Shown here: in pieces, positions 26,301 to 38,369 of the stretch
Numbering within the stretch: position 1 is the first letter of the stretch
Layout: every line of letters starts with the position of its first letter
From: Malacoraja senta
Lineage: Eukaryota
NCBI GenBank assembly: GCA_038087875.1
Contig: CM075991.1
Coordinates: 3,844,001 to 3,908,000 of the forward strand
Length of the DNA stretch: 64,000 nt
Direction: 5' to 3'
Position numbers and translations under genes: made by a program
Notes under the pieces: model-generated
Told to the model about the DNA's origin: nothing
Database searches by the model: none
The model's input: only the letters and a program-made list of their open reading frames with translations

Positions 26301-29300
26301 TCTTCAGGTAATCACTATCCATCTTTGAAAAACCCGCCAAGAAACGTGTGCATGCGCAGTAGGCTGGTGCGCATGAGCAGTGCGCAGTGCAGCACATGCA
26401 CGCAGTCCACGGTGTAAAGGCAGAATTTCTTTGGCTGATGGCTTGAAGCAGCGTCGATGGCACGTTAGTAGCACATGCTTCCGCGTTTTAAATGTACTGC
26501 AGATGAAAGGCACGGGAGAATTATGCCTCCCTAAGAGATCGATCTCTTAGCGAAGCATAATTCTCCCGTGCCTTTACTATTTATGACCAGTTTATATATG
26601 TTTTATATATGTTTCATATATGTTTTATATATATTTTATATATATATATAAAATAATGACCATTTTATAATTTTAGTCAAGGTAATAATAATAATAATAG
26701 ATTTTATTTATATAGCGCTTTTCAGGTAGGCACTGTCCACCTTGCCTACCCTGACGGCACGTGCCTGCTCCAAAGAGACAAGAGGGACATCAATGCCCGC
26801 CTTGCTCAAAGTTACCAAACTGGGTTAATTTTCTGTGCGCATGTTTATGGGCATTGGTGTAACCTTCAACACCAGAAAAGCTGTTGTTACAAACACATGG
26901 TATTTATGTGTGTACCAGGGATTCAAATCTAACGCAATGGAAAAATACATGGGCTTATCTGTGAAAATACACTTCTTTAAATTCTTTAAACTAGAATGGT
27001 TGGGGGGAGGGACTCAAATAGAGAAAGCTATTAGACAGTGTGTGAGGCAGGAGGCAGAGAAGGAAAGCACTCAGACCCAACATGTAGGGGGGGGAAGAAG
27101 AAAACAATAATAAACAGAGAATAAGAGGTGGTGGGGTTCTTAAATGGGTGAGCAGAGAAACAGAAGGGTGTAAAATGCGGGCGGAAGCAATAGGTAGCAA
27201 GGTGAAAAGTAAAAGTGGCAGGCAGACAAATCCAGGGCAAAAATCAAAAAGGGCCACTTTTCAACATAATTGTATAAGGGGTAAGAGCGTTGTAAAAACA
27301 AGCCTGAAGGCTTTGTGTCTCAATGCAAGGAGCATTCGTAATAAGGTGGATGAGTTGAACGTGCAGATAGCTATTAATGATTATGATATAGTCGGGACAT
27401 GGCTCCAGGGTGACCAAGGCTGGGAGCTGAACATCCAGGGATATTCAATACTCAGGAGGGATAGAGAGAAAGGAAAAGGAGGTGGGGTAGCGTTGCTGGT
27501 TAGAGAGGAGATTAACGCAGTGGAAAGGAAGGACATTAGCTTGGAGGATGTGGAATCGGTATGGGTAGAGCCGCGAAACACTAAGGGGCAGAAAATGCTG
27601 GTGGGTGTTGTGTACAGGCCACCTAGCAGTAGTAGTGAAGTTGGGGATGGCATCAAACAGGAAATTAGAAATGCGTGCAACAAAGGCAAAACAGTTATAA
27701 TGGGTGACTTCAATCTACATATAGATTGGGTGAATCAAATTGGCAGGGGTGCTGAGGAAGAGGATTTCTTGGAATGTATGCGGGATAGTTATCTAAACCA
27801 ACATGTAGAGGAACCAACGAGAGAGCAGGCTATTCTAGACTGGGTATTGAGTAATGAGGAAGGGTTAGTTAGCAGTCTTGTTGTGCATGCCCCCTTGGGC
27901 AAGAGTGACCATAATATGGTTGAGTTCTTCATTAGGATGGAGAGTGACATTGTTAATTCAGAAACAACGGTTCTGAACTTAAAGAAAGGTAACTTTGAGG
28001 GTATGTGACGTGAATTGGCCAAGATTGACTGGGAATTAGTTCTAAAAGGGTTGACGGTGGATATGCAATGGAAGGCATTTAAAGACTGCATGGATGAACT
28101 ACAAAAATTGTTCATCCCAGTTTGGCAAAAGAATAAATCAGGGAAGGTAGTGCATCCGTGGATAACAAGGGAAATCAGGGATAGTATCAAAGCAAAAGAT
28201 GATGCGTACAAATTAGCCAGAAAAAGCAGCATACCAGAGGACTGGGAGAAATTCAGAGACCAGCAGAGGAGGACAAAGGGCTTAATTAGGAAAGGGAAAA
28301 TAGATTATGAAAGAAAACTGGCAGGGAGCATAAAAACTGACTGCAAAAGTATTTATAGATATGTGAAGAGAAAGAGATTAGTTAAAACAAATGTAGGTCC
28401 CTTGCAGTCAGAAACAGGTGAGTTGATCATGGGGAACAAGGATATGGCGGACCAATTGAATAACTACTTTGGTTCCGTCTTCACTAAGGAAGACATAAAT
28501 AATCTGCCGGAAATAGCATGGGACCGCGGGTCAAAGGAGATGGAGGAACTGAGTGAAATCCAGGTTTGTCGGGAAGTGGTGTTGGGTAAATTGAATGGAT
28601 TAAAGGCCGATAAATCACCAGGGCCAGATAGGCTGCATCCCAGAGTACTTAAGGAAGTAGCTCCAGAAATAGTGGATGCATTAGTGATAATTTTTCAAAA
28701 CTCTTTAGATTCTGGAGTAGTTCCTGAGGATTGGAAGGTAGCAAACGTATCCCCACTTTTTAAGAAGGGAGGGAGAGAGAAAACGGGGAATTACAGACCA
28801 GTTAGTCTAACATTGGTAGTGGGGAAACTGCTAGAGTCAGTTATTAAAGATGGAATAGCAGCACATTTGGAAAGTGGTGAAATCATTGGACAAAGTCAGC
28901 ATGGATTTACGAAAGGTAAATCATGTCTGACGAATCTTATAGAATTTTTCGAGGATGTAACTAGTAGAGTGGATAGGGGAGAACCAGTGGATGTGTTGTA
29001 TCTGGACTTTCAGAAGGCTTTCGACAAGGTCCCACATAAGAGATTAGTATACAAACTTAAATCACACGGTATTGGGGGTTCAGTATTGATGTGGATAGAG
29101 AACTGGCTGGCAAACAGGAAGCAAAGAGTAGGAGTAAACGGGTCCTTTTCACAATGGCAGGCAGTGACTAGTGGGGTACCGCAAGGCTCAGTGCTGGGAC
29201 CCCAGCTATTTACAATTTATATTAATGAGCTGGATGAGGGAATTGAAGGCAACATCTCCAAGTTTGCGGATGACACTAAGCTGGGGGGCAGTGTTAGCTG

Positions 29301-32300
29301 TGAGGAGGATGCTAGGAGACTGCAAGGTGACTTGGATAGGCTGGGTGAGTGGGCAAATGTTTGGCAGATGCAGTATAATGTGGATAAATGTGAGGTTATC
29401 CACTTTGGTGGCAAAAACAGGAAATCTAAATGGTGGCTGATTAGGAAAAGGGGAGATGCAGCGAGACCTGGGTGTCATGGTACACCAGTCATTGAAAGTA
29501 GGCATGCAGGTGCAGCAGGCAGTGAAGAAAGCGAATGGTATGTTAGCTTTCATAGCAAAAGGATTTGAGTATAGGAGCAGGGAGGTTCTACTGCAGTTGT
29601 ACAGGGTCTTGGTGAGACCACACCTGGAGTATTGCGTACAGTTTTGGTCTCCAAATCTGAGGAAGGACATTATAGCCATAGAGGGAGTGCAGAGAAGGTT
29701 CACCAGACTGATTCCTGGGATGTCAGGACTTTCATATGAAGAAAGACTGGATAGACTTGGCTTATACTCGCTGGAAGATAGGAGATTGAGAGGGGATCTT
29801 ATAGAAACGTACAAAATTCTTATGGGGTTGGACAGGCTAGATGCAGGAAGATTGTTCCCGATGTTGGGGAAGTCCAGGACAAGGGGTCACAGCTTAAGGA
29901 TAAGGGGGAAATCCTTTAAGACCGAGATGAGAAAAAATGTTTTCACACAGAGAGTGGTGAGTCTCTGGAACTCTCTGCCACAGAGGGTAGTTGAGGCCAG
30001 TTCATTGGCTGTATTTAAGAGGGAGTTAGATGTGGCCCTTGTGGCTAAAGGGATCAGGGGGTATGGAGAGAAGGCAGGTACGGGATACTGAGTTGGATGA
30101 TCAGCCATGATCATATTGAATGGCGGTGCAGGCTCGAAGGGCCGAATGGCCTACTCCTGCACCTATTTTCTATGTATCTAAAATAAGCCTTTTTGACATT
30201 GAAGTGTGACTTCGCTCACTATGAACATTGAGGTATGAACATAGGCTAAGACTAGATCAGTTTGCAATGATTGGCAACACTGCTGCACAGTTGGTGGCGG
30301 GGTGATGGTGGACATCCTTTGGAATCGGAATCTGCCTGGTTCTAGGGATGGTGATGATCTGATGCCATTATTTCACAAAGAGCTCTCTCCATGTGAAAGC
30401 CAATATTGCACCCTTCATCATGCCAACCAGTAAGTTGATTTGTCATTGACCTTGATGCAGGTGTCAAATGGTGATGCCTACAACATGGCTGCCAGTTTTA
30501 CCAAGATCATCCATCTATTTTTAAACCGATTCAAAGTGTGAAAGTGTGAACAAGGTGGTGGTGTATTTCCAAAATGCACTCTTTTCTGATACTTGTTTTC
30601 ACATTTTCCAGTGATAAAGGCTTCAGAATAAAATGGGTGGATAATTCTCACGCTTTGGGAATATTTTCAAGTCCAGATGCAGGTAAGTGTCTACGATAGA
30701 TACGGTCTTCTCCCCTATAACCCAGATAGTTGCCTAATATCATTACAGAGAGTTGTTTGAGTTTTGTTTCATCCATACTACTACATGAGGACTGGGGTTC
30801 AAAGGAATCTCATGCTGCACTTCTAAGTTTCCTTTCAAATTTGAAATCTGGTTCTATCAAAATTATCTGGTTATTATTGTTACGACAAATGCCTTAACCA
30901 CGTTGCAATTGTGTGTATCTATACCACCCTCTCCAGTTCTTACCTCATAAATACCCAAGGATGGACTATTATCTCAAGGTAACACACAGTCCCAGCATGC
31001 CAACCCAGATTTAGAGTCATACAGCACAGAAACAGGACCTTCAACCATCAAACCCATGCTGCCCAAAATGCCCAATCTATGCAAGACCAACCTGCCTGCG
31101 TTTGGCCCATATCCCTCTAAACCTTTCATATCCATGTACCTATCCCAATATACTTTAAATGTTGTTATAGTACCTGCCTCAACCATCTCCTCTGGCAGCT
31201 CGTTCCATATACCCAACCACCACCATATGTGTGGAAAAAAATTGCACTTCCAGTTCATATTAAATCTTTCCCCTCTCACCTTAACTAGCAAGACCTGAAG
31301 CCTTGAATTGCTCTTGTGCAAGCTAACCATCCCATATTAAGACCCCTCTTAAACCTAGCTCTTTGATTTGTGTCCTAGCCTCTAATGTCGATTGTTACCA
31401 TATATTATTTGACAACAGTCCAACGAAAGACCTTGAGACGTTCTATCAAATAAAAAACGTTATAATTTTTCATGTTAGTCTCTGCACACTGGCAGCCATT
31501 CTCATGCTTGCTGTTTCGAGATTCTTAACCATCTTGTTATTGAATTCCATCACTGATGTGCATGTTTGGAGTGCCTGTTAAATGTGAAGCTTGCTCTGTA
31601 GAACGGTCGATGTGAATGGCAGTGTTTGAATTACGGATTTCACAGGCAACTCAGGAAGCCGCAAGGCAAGAAGCAATGCTTTTCCTTGTACGGCACTGTA
31701 AGTAAATGTTTTTTCATTTCTCTCAGCCTCTGAGGCTCTGACCATCAGCCACGAACTGTTCAAAACACAGCCTTTGTCTCAAGCAACAAAACAGTCAAAA
31801 CTGAAGGTTTCCAGATGCTCAGGTAAAGGAACTGTTTTTTTTTTGTGTCTTCAAAGACATGCAATTGTTACAGTATGGAAAGAGACCAGTAAACCATCTT
31901 CATGTTGAATGGCCTTCTCCAAAACCATTTTCTTCTCATCAATATACGTTTTGCGTTTAAAAACCATCTTTCAACTAACATGTCAGACCAAGATACTTGG
32001 TTTAGTTTCAAGATACAGCGTGGAACTAGAACCTTCAACCCACCAAGTCCACACCAACCATCGATCACTCATTCACACTAGAGATGCAAAGTAGACAAAA
32101 GTGTCTTGACCCGAAACATCACCACCTATCCATGTGATGCAGCCTGACCCGCCGAGTTTTCTCTGAGAAATTTGGTTTCCTCTCACACTCCAAAGTCCGA
32201 ATTTAGCCTCATCTGTGGCAGCCAAACTCGCTTCTTCTCATCCTTATTGCCAATACGTTATATAATGCCAGCTGCGAATTCTTGCTCGAGTTCCTAGTGG

Positions 32301-34639
32301 GATCTGAACCCTTCTCACAGATGAGAGGGCCACCAACTAATCCACTGCTGACACATTTCGGGATGTCTTGAGAGTGTGACCGAAGGTTAACACAAGGTTC
32401 ATTTATTTCTCTGGAGAACGTGGATAGGTGATGTTTTGGGTCGGAACTCTTCTTCAGATTGGTTGTACTGGGGGAGAGTGAGTTGGTAAAAAGGTGGGAG
32501 TGGGACAAAGCCTTGGAAGTTTTATGTGGATACAGGGATGGGGAATTTTTTGATTGGCATGAGGGTGGTGTGAGGCTAGAGATGAAAAGTAGACAAAAAT
32601 GTCTTGACCCAAAACATCACCAGCTATCCATGTGGTGCTGCCTGACCCGCCGAGTTACTCCAGCATTGTGTGTCTTTCTTTGGTAAACCAGCATCTGCAG
32701 TTCTTTGTTACTACTTTCTTTGTTTCCCTGTGTTTGGTCACTCCGGCTTGGGAGAATTTGGAAAACACCACTTTGATTCATTGCTTGTAGAGTTCCTGCA
32801 GCCAGTGAAAGAGAGGGCACAGGTCAACACTGCCATTGCCAAGCGTTTGGTCAGCAGGGCACTCGGGTTCCAAACCACTGAACGCAAAGTGCGGCCTGAT
32901 CCCAGGCCCAGAGATCTGAAGGAAAATAAAGGTGCGTATCAATTTGTCCAGGAATGTTGTTCTCAATTCATCACTGTTCCCCAGATGCACAGGGTTTAGA
33001 GAAGAATTCTTAAGAAGTTGGTTACATACAGACTAGTAATGGGATTTGAGGCTCTAGATCAAAGATACTAGGGGAGCTCCTCTAGTATCTTTGCTCTAGA
33101 TTGAGTACTAAGTTGTATGTTTCTGACTGTGCTTGCTGAATAGGTTGTACTATCTGTGAAACTTGTCTTCGGTAATGACATGGACATAAATGACTTCACA
33201 AAATGCTGGGGTAACTCAGCAGGTCAGGCAGCATTTCTGGAGAAAAATAAAAGGTCACCTTTTATTTTTCTCCAGAGAGGCTGCCTGACCTGCTGAGTCT
33301 CGGGTCTGAAGAAGAGATCCGGCCTAAACCTTCACCTATTCTTTTCTCCAGAGATGCTGACTGACCTGCTGTTACTCCAGCAAGTTGTGTCTATCTTCAG
33401 TATGAACCAGCATCTGTAGTTCCTTCCTACACTAAATGACTTCACAGCACCAATAGGATCAGGGAAGTTATTTCTGTTCTCTGGTGCAATATGTATTTCC
33501 AAATTATTATTACTTAAAGATAATCCAGTTGCATTGGCATTTGTCGGAGGACGTTGCACACTTTTTATAACAGTGGCATAACTTCACAGGCACTTCATTG
33601 TCTGTAGAGTGATGTGAGATAGCCTGACGCAAATTGGCACAAGAGACCATTTAACCCTATGTGCCCGCTCTGCTGGACATGTAAGATACTGGAGGAACAG
33701 TGGCTCAAGCGGGGGTGTTAAATAAATGTACATTTATTAAGGCTGCTGGCCAGCTGGGAATGCATATGGAAGATCAATAATCACTATGGGAATTTGCTTG
33801 ACCGCTTGTGAACTTTGTAGGAATTTTTAGTCTCCTAGCCTATGGAGGTAATGAGGAGGAATTTTGTTTGGGGAGGATTGGCTTAATCAGTTGGTTCAAC
33901 CCTGCCTCATCCCATGTTTGGTTCTGTTCTTCTAGCGCCACCGTACAAGACCGAAGAAGATGCAGACAACATACTGGTACGTATCGATGCCCAGCCCGAA
34001 ATCTGATGGGAACCATTGTTATGATCTGTGCTTGACCAAACACTTTGCTGTTTCTTTGCTTGGTGCTGGGTCCCAATAAGCTACTGTATTCATAGAAATG
34101 TGTGATGGTCTAGTCATTTGATTCATTGAGTCTGTGCAGGTTTGTAAACGTAGGGAAGAACAAGGTGCAAGTCTCATTGTTCTTTCAAAATAGTTCCTCG
34201 GATGGGGTCACAAGAGACTGTAGATGCAGGAATCGTGAGCAAAACCTAAAAAGTGCTGCAGGAATTCAGGGGTCAGGTAGCATCTGGGGAGGGAATGGGC
34301 AGGCAATGTTTTGGACTGAGAGTCCGAAGAAGGGACCTGACCTATAATATGCCCATCACTTTCCTTCCCAGATGTTTCTGACCCACTGAGTTTTTCCAGT
34401 ACTTTATGTACTCCTCAGATTGGGCTTTGGTTAATGACCTTCCTGATGGATAACTCTGGAAAGTGCCCCCCTCAGTACCACACTCTCATTGCTAGCCTGG
34501 ATTTCTGAATATATGAACTGAACCTAAAACCTAGTTTTTGAGGCCGACTGATAGCATAAAGCTAATCATCAATATAACATTCTGCTTTATCCCCTTTTTG
34601 TTTTTGCTGCTGCAGAATTCTGGCTCTGATCAAATTTGA
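20269..34639 (+). CDS. R3HCC1: R3H and coiled-coil domain-containing protein 1 (CUG start; apparent frameshifts in first two coding exons; last two exons tentative)
   Basis: Exons 20269-20383, 21503-21641, 22905-23826, 25603-25781, 30612-30682, 31727-31822, 32791-32931, and tentatively 33936-33976 and 34616-34639. Peptides LALFRLDGVYLS, VLLFPPLPSRLRYLIHR, HIIEIYDFP..KTED, KGFRIKWVDNSHALGIF and KERAQVNTAIAKRLVSRALG match recalled human R3HCC1. Linkage to ENTPD4 favours R3HCC1 over R3HCC1L. Confidence 0.85.
20669..21067 (+). mobile_element. CR1 LINE 3' fragment (young)
   Basis: EFRRLRGDLIETYKI...; CR1 3' end. Confidence 0.9.
21503..21641 (+). CDS. R3HCC1: R3HCC1 R3H-domain exon (one extra G at about 21570)
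   Basis: VLLFPPLPSRLRYLIHRIVENF / DTLSSFSVGEGDGRRTAVC; GT-AG. Confidence 0.85.
22350..22787 (+). mobile_element. Rex1/Babar-like LINE 3' fragment, (caata)n tail
   Basis: HPSHHIFSILPSGKRYRSIRCKTSR..SFFP. Confidence 0.75.
22905..23826 (+). CDS. R3HCC1: R3HCC1 large acidic, low-complexity exon
   Basis: 922-nt open exon (ORF 22936-23862); its phases match the neighbouring exons. Confidence 0.85.
25603..25781 (+). CDS. R3HCC1: R3HCC1 exon (...HIIEIYDFPPHVKTEDIQEAFASF)
   Basis: GT-AG, RRM-like C-terminal region. Confidence 0.9.
25957..26767 (-). mobile_element. hAT (Tip100-like) non-autonomous DNA transposon
   Basis: TIRs cagRcacgtgccg; 8-bp TSD ctccaaag (25949-25956 / 26768-26775); transposase N-terminal remnant FSKQTYEEKTKIIENGRPTPDL...RTFKTAWY on the minus strand. 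Confidence 0.85.
26991..30180 (+). mobile_element. CR1-clade LINE, near-complete ORF2 (APE endonuclease + reverse transcriptase), disrupted
   Basis: ORFs 27148-28008 (LNARSIRNK, GDFN, SDHN), 28015-~29420 (YLDFQKAFDKV, FADD) and 29456-30091 (CR1 C-terminus). Stop at 28006 and a small deletion/frameshift near 29425. 3' end ttctatgtatcta. Confidence 0.95.
30612..30682 (+). CDS. R3HCC1: R3HCC1 exon (DKGFRIKWVDNSHALGIFSSPDA)
   Basis: 71 nt, GT-AG. Confidence 0.9.
31727..31822 (+). CDS. R3HCC1: R3HCC1 exon (SEALT...PLSQATKQSKLK)
   Basis: 96 nt, GT-AG. Confidence 0.88.
32791..32931 (+). CDS. R3HCC1: R3HCC1 exon (FLQPVKERAQVNTAIAKRLVSRALG...)
   Basis: 141 nt, GT-AG; could instead read through to the stop at 32999. 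Confidence 0.88.
33936..34639 (+). CDS. R3HCC1: Tentative R3HCC1 terminal exons 33936-33976 and 34616-34639
   Basis: Good acceptors and donor, phase-consistent (PPYKTEEDADNIL/NSGSDQI*), AATAAA at 34918; no homology support. Confidence 0.4.
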
Positions 34640-35904
34640 AACACAAGGTCTGGACAAAGTCTGCGGTGATGAAGATGCCGTGTGGATAGTTCACATTGAA
34701 GAACTGTTGTGTCTTTTGTAACAATAGACTGTGTACTTGGAAGCTGGATTAAAAGTTACTTTGGGCTGGAGGATGCTGTGGCACGAGTTTTATGTTCAGG
34801 CTGAATGTCTTTCTTCACAAAGAACTACTCACATATATTTTCACTATCAGCGATCTGCAATTGGCTGGTATGAGGTGGAATGTGGGCTTTGCCAATTATA
34901 GTTGCTGGTTTTAGTAAAATAAATACTGGGGGTGGCTGCGGGGGATTGGGGAGGAGTAAGTAGGGAAAGAGTTTAAAAAAAAATGCTGGAGTAACTCAGC
35001 GGGTCAGGCAGCATCTCTGGAGAATATGGATAAGTGACATTTCAGGTTGGGACCCTTTTTCAGACTGACTTACCTAGAATATGCTGGATGAGTTTGAAGC
35101 CTCCTTTTCTGAGCTGCTAGATGTGACTCCAGATTAGTCTCTGTCTGAAATAGTTCTATGTTCATAAGTCATTGGGTCTTAAGTGGTAGGAGTAGAATTA
35201 GGCCATTTGGCCCATCGTCTATTCCGCCGTTCAATCATGGCTGATCTATCTCTCCCTACTATCCCCATTCTCCTGCCTTCTCCCCATAACGTCGGGGACC
35301 TGTACTGATCAAGAATCTATCTCTGCCTTAAAAATACCCACTGACTTGGCCTCCACAGCCTTCTGTGGCCAAGAATTCCACAGATTCACCACCCTCTGAC
35401 TAAAAAAAATGTCTTAAAAGAACTTCCTTTAATTCTGAGGCTATAACCTCTAGTCCTAGACTCTCCCACTAGTCTCCACATCTACTCTATTCAAGCCTTT
35501 CACTATTCTGTATGTTTCAATGAGGTTCCCCCCCTCATTCTTCTAAACTCCAGCGAGTACAAGCCGACAAACACTCATCATAGGTTAAGCAACTCATTCC
35601 TGGAATAATTCTTGTAAACCTCCTCTGGGCCCTCTCCAGAGCCAGCACACCATTCCTCAAATATGGTGCCCGAAATTACGATATGATACGATAAAACTAT
35701 TTATCCCCGGAGGGAAATTGGTCTGCCAACAGTCACAACACACAAGGTACATGAAAATCTTGAAATTAAAAGTGAAAAGAAAAAGACAAGCGACTGTTGG
35801 CTGGCTGCAGTGTGCACAGTGCCTTCACCGGAACAAATGAACAAACAAACAAACAAACACAGAATTATCCCCTGGGCAGAGTATTCTAAACTAGAGTTCT
35901 AAAC

Positions 35905-36565
35905 TATAAGGTGGAGTTGCAGGTAGATAGGGTGGTCAAAATGGCATTTGGCACATTGACTTTCATCAGTCAGAGTATTGAGTATAGAAGTTGGGAAGTC
36001 ATGTTGCAAACAACTTATACAAATAAGGCGTTGGTGAGGCTGCATTTAGAGTATTGTGTTCAGTTCTGGGCACCATGTTAAAGGAAAAATGTCAAGCTGG
36101 AAAGGGTACAGGGAAAATTTACAAGGATGTTGCCTGGGCTAGAGGGTCTGAGATGCAGCAAAAGGTTGAGTAGGCTGGGACTCTATTCCTTGGAGTGCAG
36201 GATAATGAGGTGTGATCTTATAGAGGTGTATAAAATCATGAGAGGAATAGATTGGGTAGATGCACAGAATCTTGCCCAGTGTAGGTGAATCGAGGACCAG
36301 AGGACATAGGTTTAAGGTGGAGGGGTAAAAATTTAATAGGAATCTGAGATGTAATTTTTTCACACAAAAGGTGATGGGTGTATGGAACAAGCTGGCAGGG
36401 ACTATCGCAACATTTAAGAAAAAGTTAGACAGGTACATGGATAGGACGGGTTTGGAGGGATATGGACCAAACGCAGGCAGGTAGGACTATTGCAGCTGGG
36501 ATATGTTGGCGTGTATGGGCAAGTTGGGCCGAAGGGCCTGTTTCTACACTATATCACTATGACTC
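35905..36565 (+). mobile_element. Older CR1 LINE 3' fragment
   Basis: Degenerate [13 protein letters not shown] region through the gggcctgtttc tail. Confidence 0.8.
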
Positions 36566-37087
36566 CAAAATAAAGTATCATTCATTCATTCATACCACAG
36601 ATATGAGGATCTGCTCTCCCTATCTCTGCAGCTTAAAACTCACTTGCTTTACTCACTTTTCCAGTTCTTATGACGCTCCTTGATATCAAGCATCAATTGT
36701 TATTGTACAATTATTTAAGTAAGTTTATTGGCCAAGTATTCACATACAAGGAATTTGCCTTGGTGCTCCGCCCACAAGTAACAACATGACATACAGTGAC
36801 AGTTATGAATGACTCAGAAAACACTAAACATTAATAATAATAAAACATTAATGATAAAACACCATTGATCAAGCATGTGAACCAACCAGATCAAAGGGAG
36901 GCTACAGATTTTTGGCGGTTGAGTAGACCAACTACTCGTGGATAAAAACTTTTTATTTATTGTCATTTGAACCTCAATGAAGTTCAAACAAAATTTGCTA
37001 CACGACCTGCTGATGAGATTTCCAAGATTGTGTGTTTTGTATTTCAGTTGTTTTGGCCCCACTGTGTTTCCCAAGTTGACACATGCT

Positions 37088-38348
37088 CCCTGTGCGATTC
37101 CGTATACATTTCAAGATCCTCCTCTATGTCTACAAAGCCCTCAATGGGCTTGCCCCCACCTACATTAAAAGTCTTCTCACCCACCACTCCACCTCCAGGT
37201 CCCTCAGATCGGCCGACTTGGGGTTGCTGAATATCCCATGTCTAGGCATAAGCTCAGGGGCGACCGCGCCTTTGCGGTTGCAGCTCCTAGACTGTGGAAC
37301 AGTATCCCCCTTCCCATCAGAACTGCCCCCTCCATCGACTCCTTTAAGTCAAGACTAAAAATGTATCTATACTCCCAAGCCTTTCTTGACGTCCTCTGAG
37401 CGAGGGCTATATGTATATATGTGTGTAGTTTAAGAAGGAAGTGCAGATGCTGGAAAATCGAAGGTACACAAAAATGCTGGAGAAACTCAGCGGGTGCAGC
37501 AGCATCTATGGAGCGAAGGAAATAGGCAACGTTTCGGGACGAAACCCTTCCGGGTTTCGGCCCGAAACGTTGCCTATTTCCTTCAGGGTTTCGTCCCGAA
37601 ACGTTGCCTATTTCCTTCAGGGTTTCGGCCCGAAACGTTGCCTATTTCCTTCCGGGTTTCGTCCCGAAACGTTGCCTATTTCCTTCAGGGTTTCGGCCCG
37701 AAACGTTGCCTATTTCCTTCAGGGTTTCGTCCCGAAACGTTGCCTATTTCCTTCCGGGTTTCGGCCCGAAACGTTGCCTATTTCCTTCCGGGTTTCGGCC
37801 TGAAACGTTGCCTATTTCCTTCAGGGTTTCGGCCCGAAACGTTGCCTATTTCCTTCCGGGTTTCGGCCCGAAACGTTGCCTATTTCCTTCCGGGTTTCGT
37901 CCCGAAACGTTGCCTATTTCCTTCAGGGTTTCGGCCTGAAACGTTGCCTATTTCCTTCCGGGTTTCGGCCTGAAACGTTGCCTATTTCCTTCCGGGTTTC
38001 GGCCCGAAACGTTGCCTATTTCCTTCCGGGTTTCGTCCCGAAACGTTGCCTATTTCCTTCAGGGTTTCGGCCTGAAACGTTGCCTATTTCCTTCAGGGTT
38101 TCGTCCCGAAACGTTGCCTATTTCCTTCAGGGTTTCGTCCCGAAACGTTGCCTATTTCCTTGGCTCCATAGATGCTGCTGCACCCGCTGAGTTCCTCCAG
38201 CATTTTTGTGTACCTCCTATGTATGTAGTTTGTTTGTTTGTTTATATTATTCTTATAACAAATGTAAAGCACTTTGGCCAACGAGAGTTGTTTTTTTAAA
38301 TGTGCTATATAGATAAATGTGACTTGACTTGACAAGACTTGACTTGAC
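37088..38348 (+). mobile_element. L2-clade LINE 3' end, interrupted by a fold-back element and minisatellite
   Basis: LPVRFRIHFKILLYVYKALNGLAPTY...; 3'UTR resumes at ~38220 with gtaaagcactttg and a (gactt)n tail. Confidence 0.8.
37552..38162. repeat. Minisatellite, ~18 x 34 bp (gggtttcgKccYgaaacgttgcctatttccttcM)
   Basis: Head-to-tail units without spacers inside a fold-back element (37430-38215). Confidence 0.95.
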
Positions 38349-38369
38349 ATGGGGCAGTTGGACTACAAG

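Noticed and set aside
27148..30091. Long ORFs (286, 517, 211 aa) as host genes
   Set aside because: They are CR1 ORF2 endonuclease and reverse transcriptase pieces.
37552..38162. CRISPR-like array of 34-bp partly palindromic repeats
   Set aside because: Units are head-to-tail with no unique spacers, there are no cas genes, the context is vertebrate, and the unit derives from the flanking fold-back element.
37441..38350. ORFs of 85-159 aa with repeating GFRPETLPISFRVS peptides
   Set aside because: They are artefacts of translating the minisatellite.
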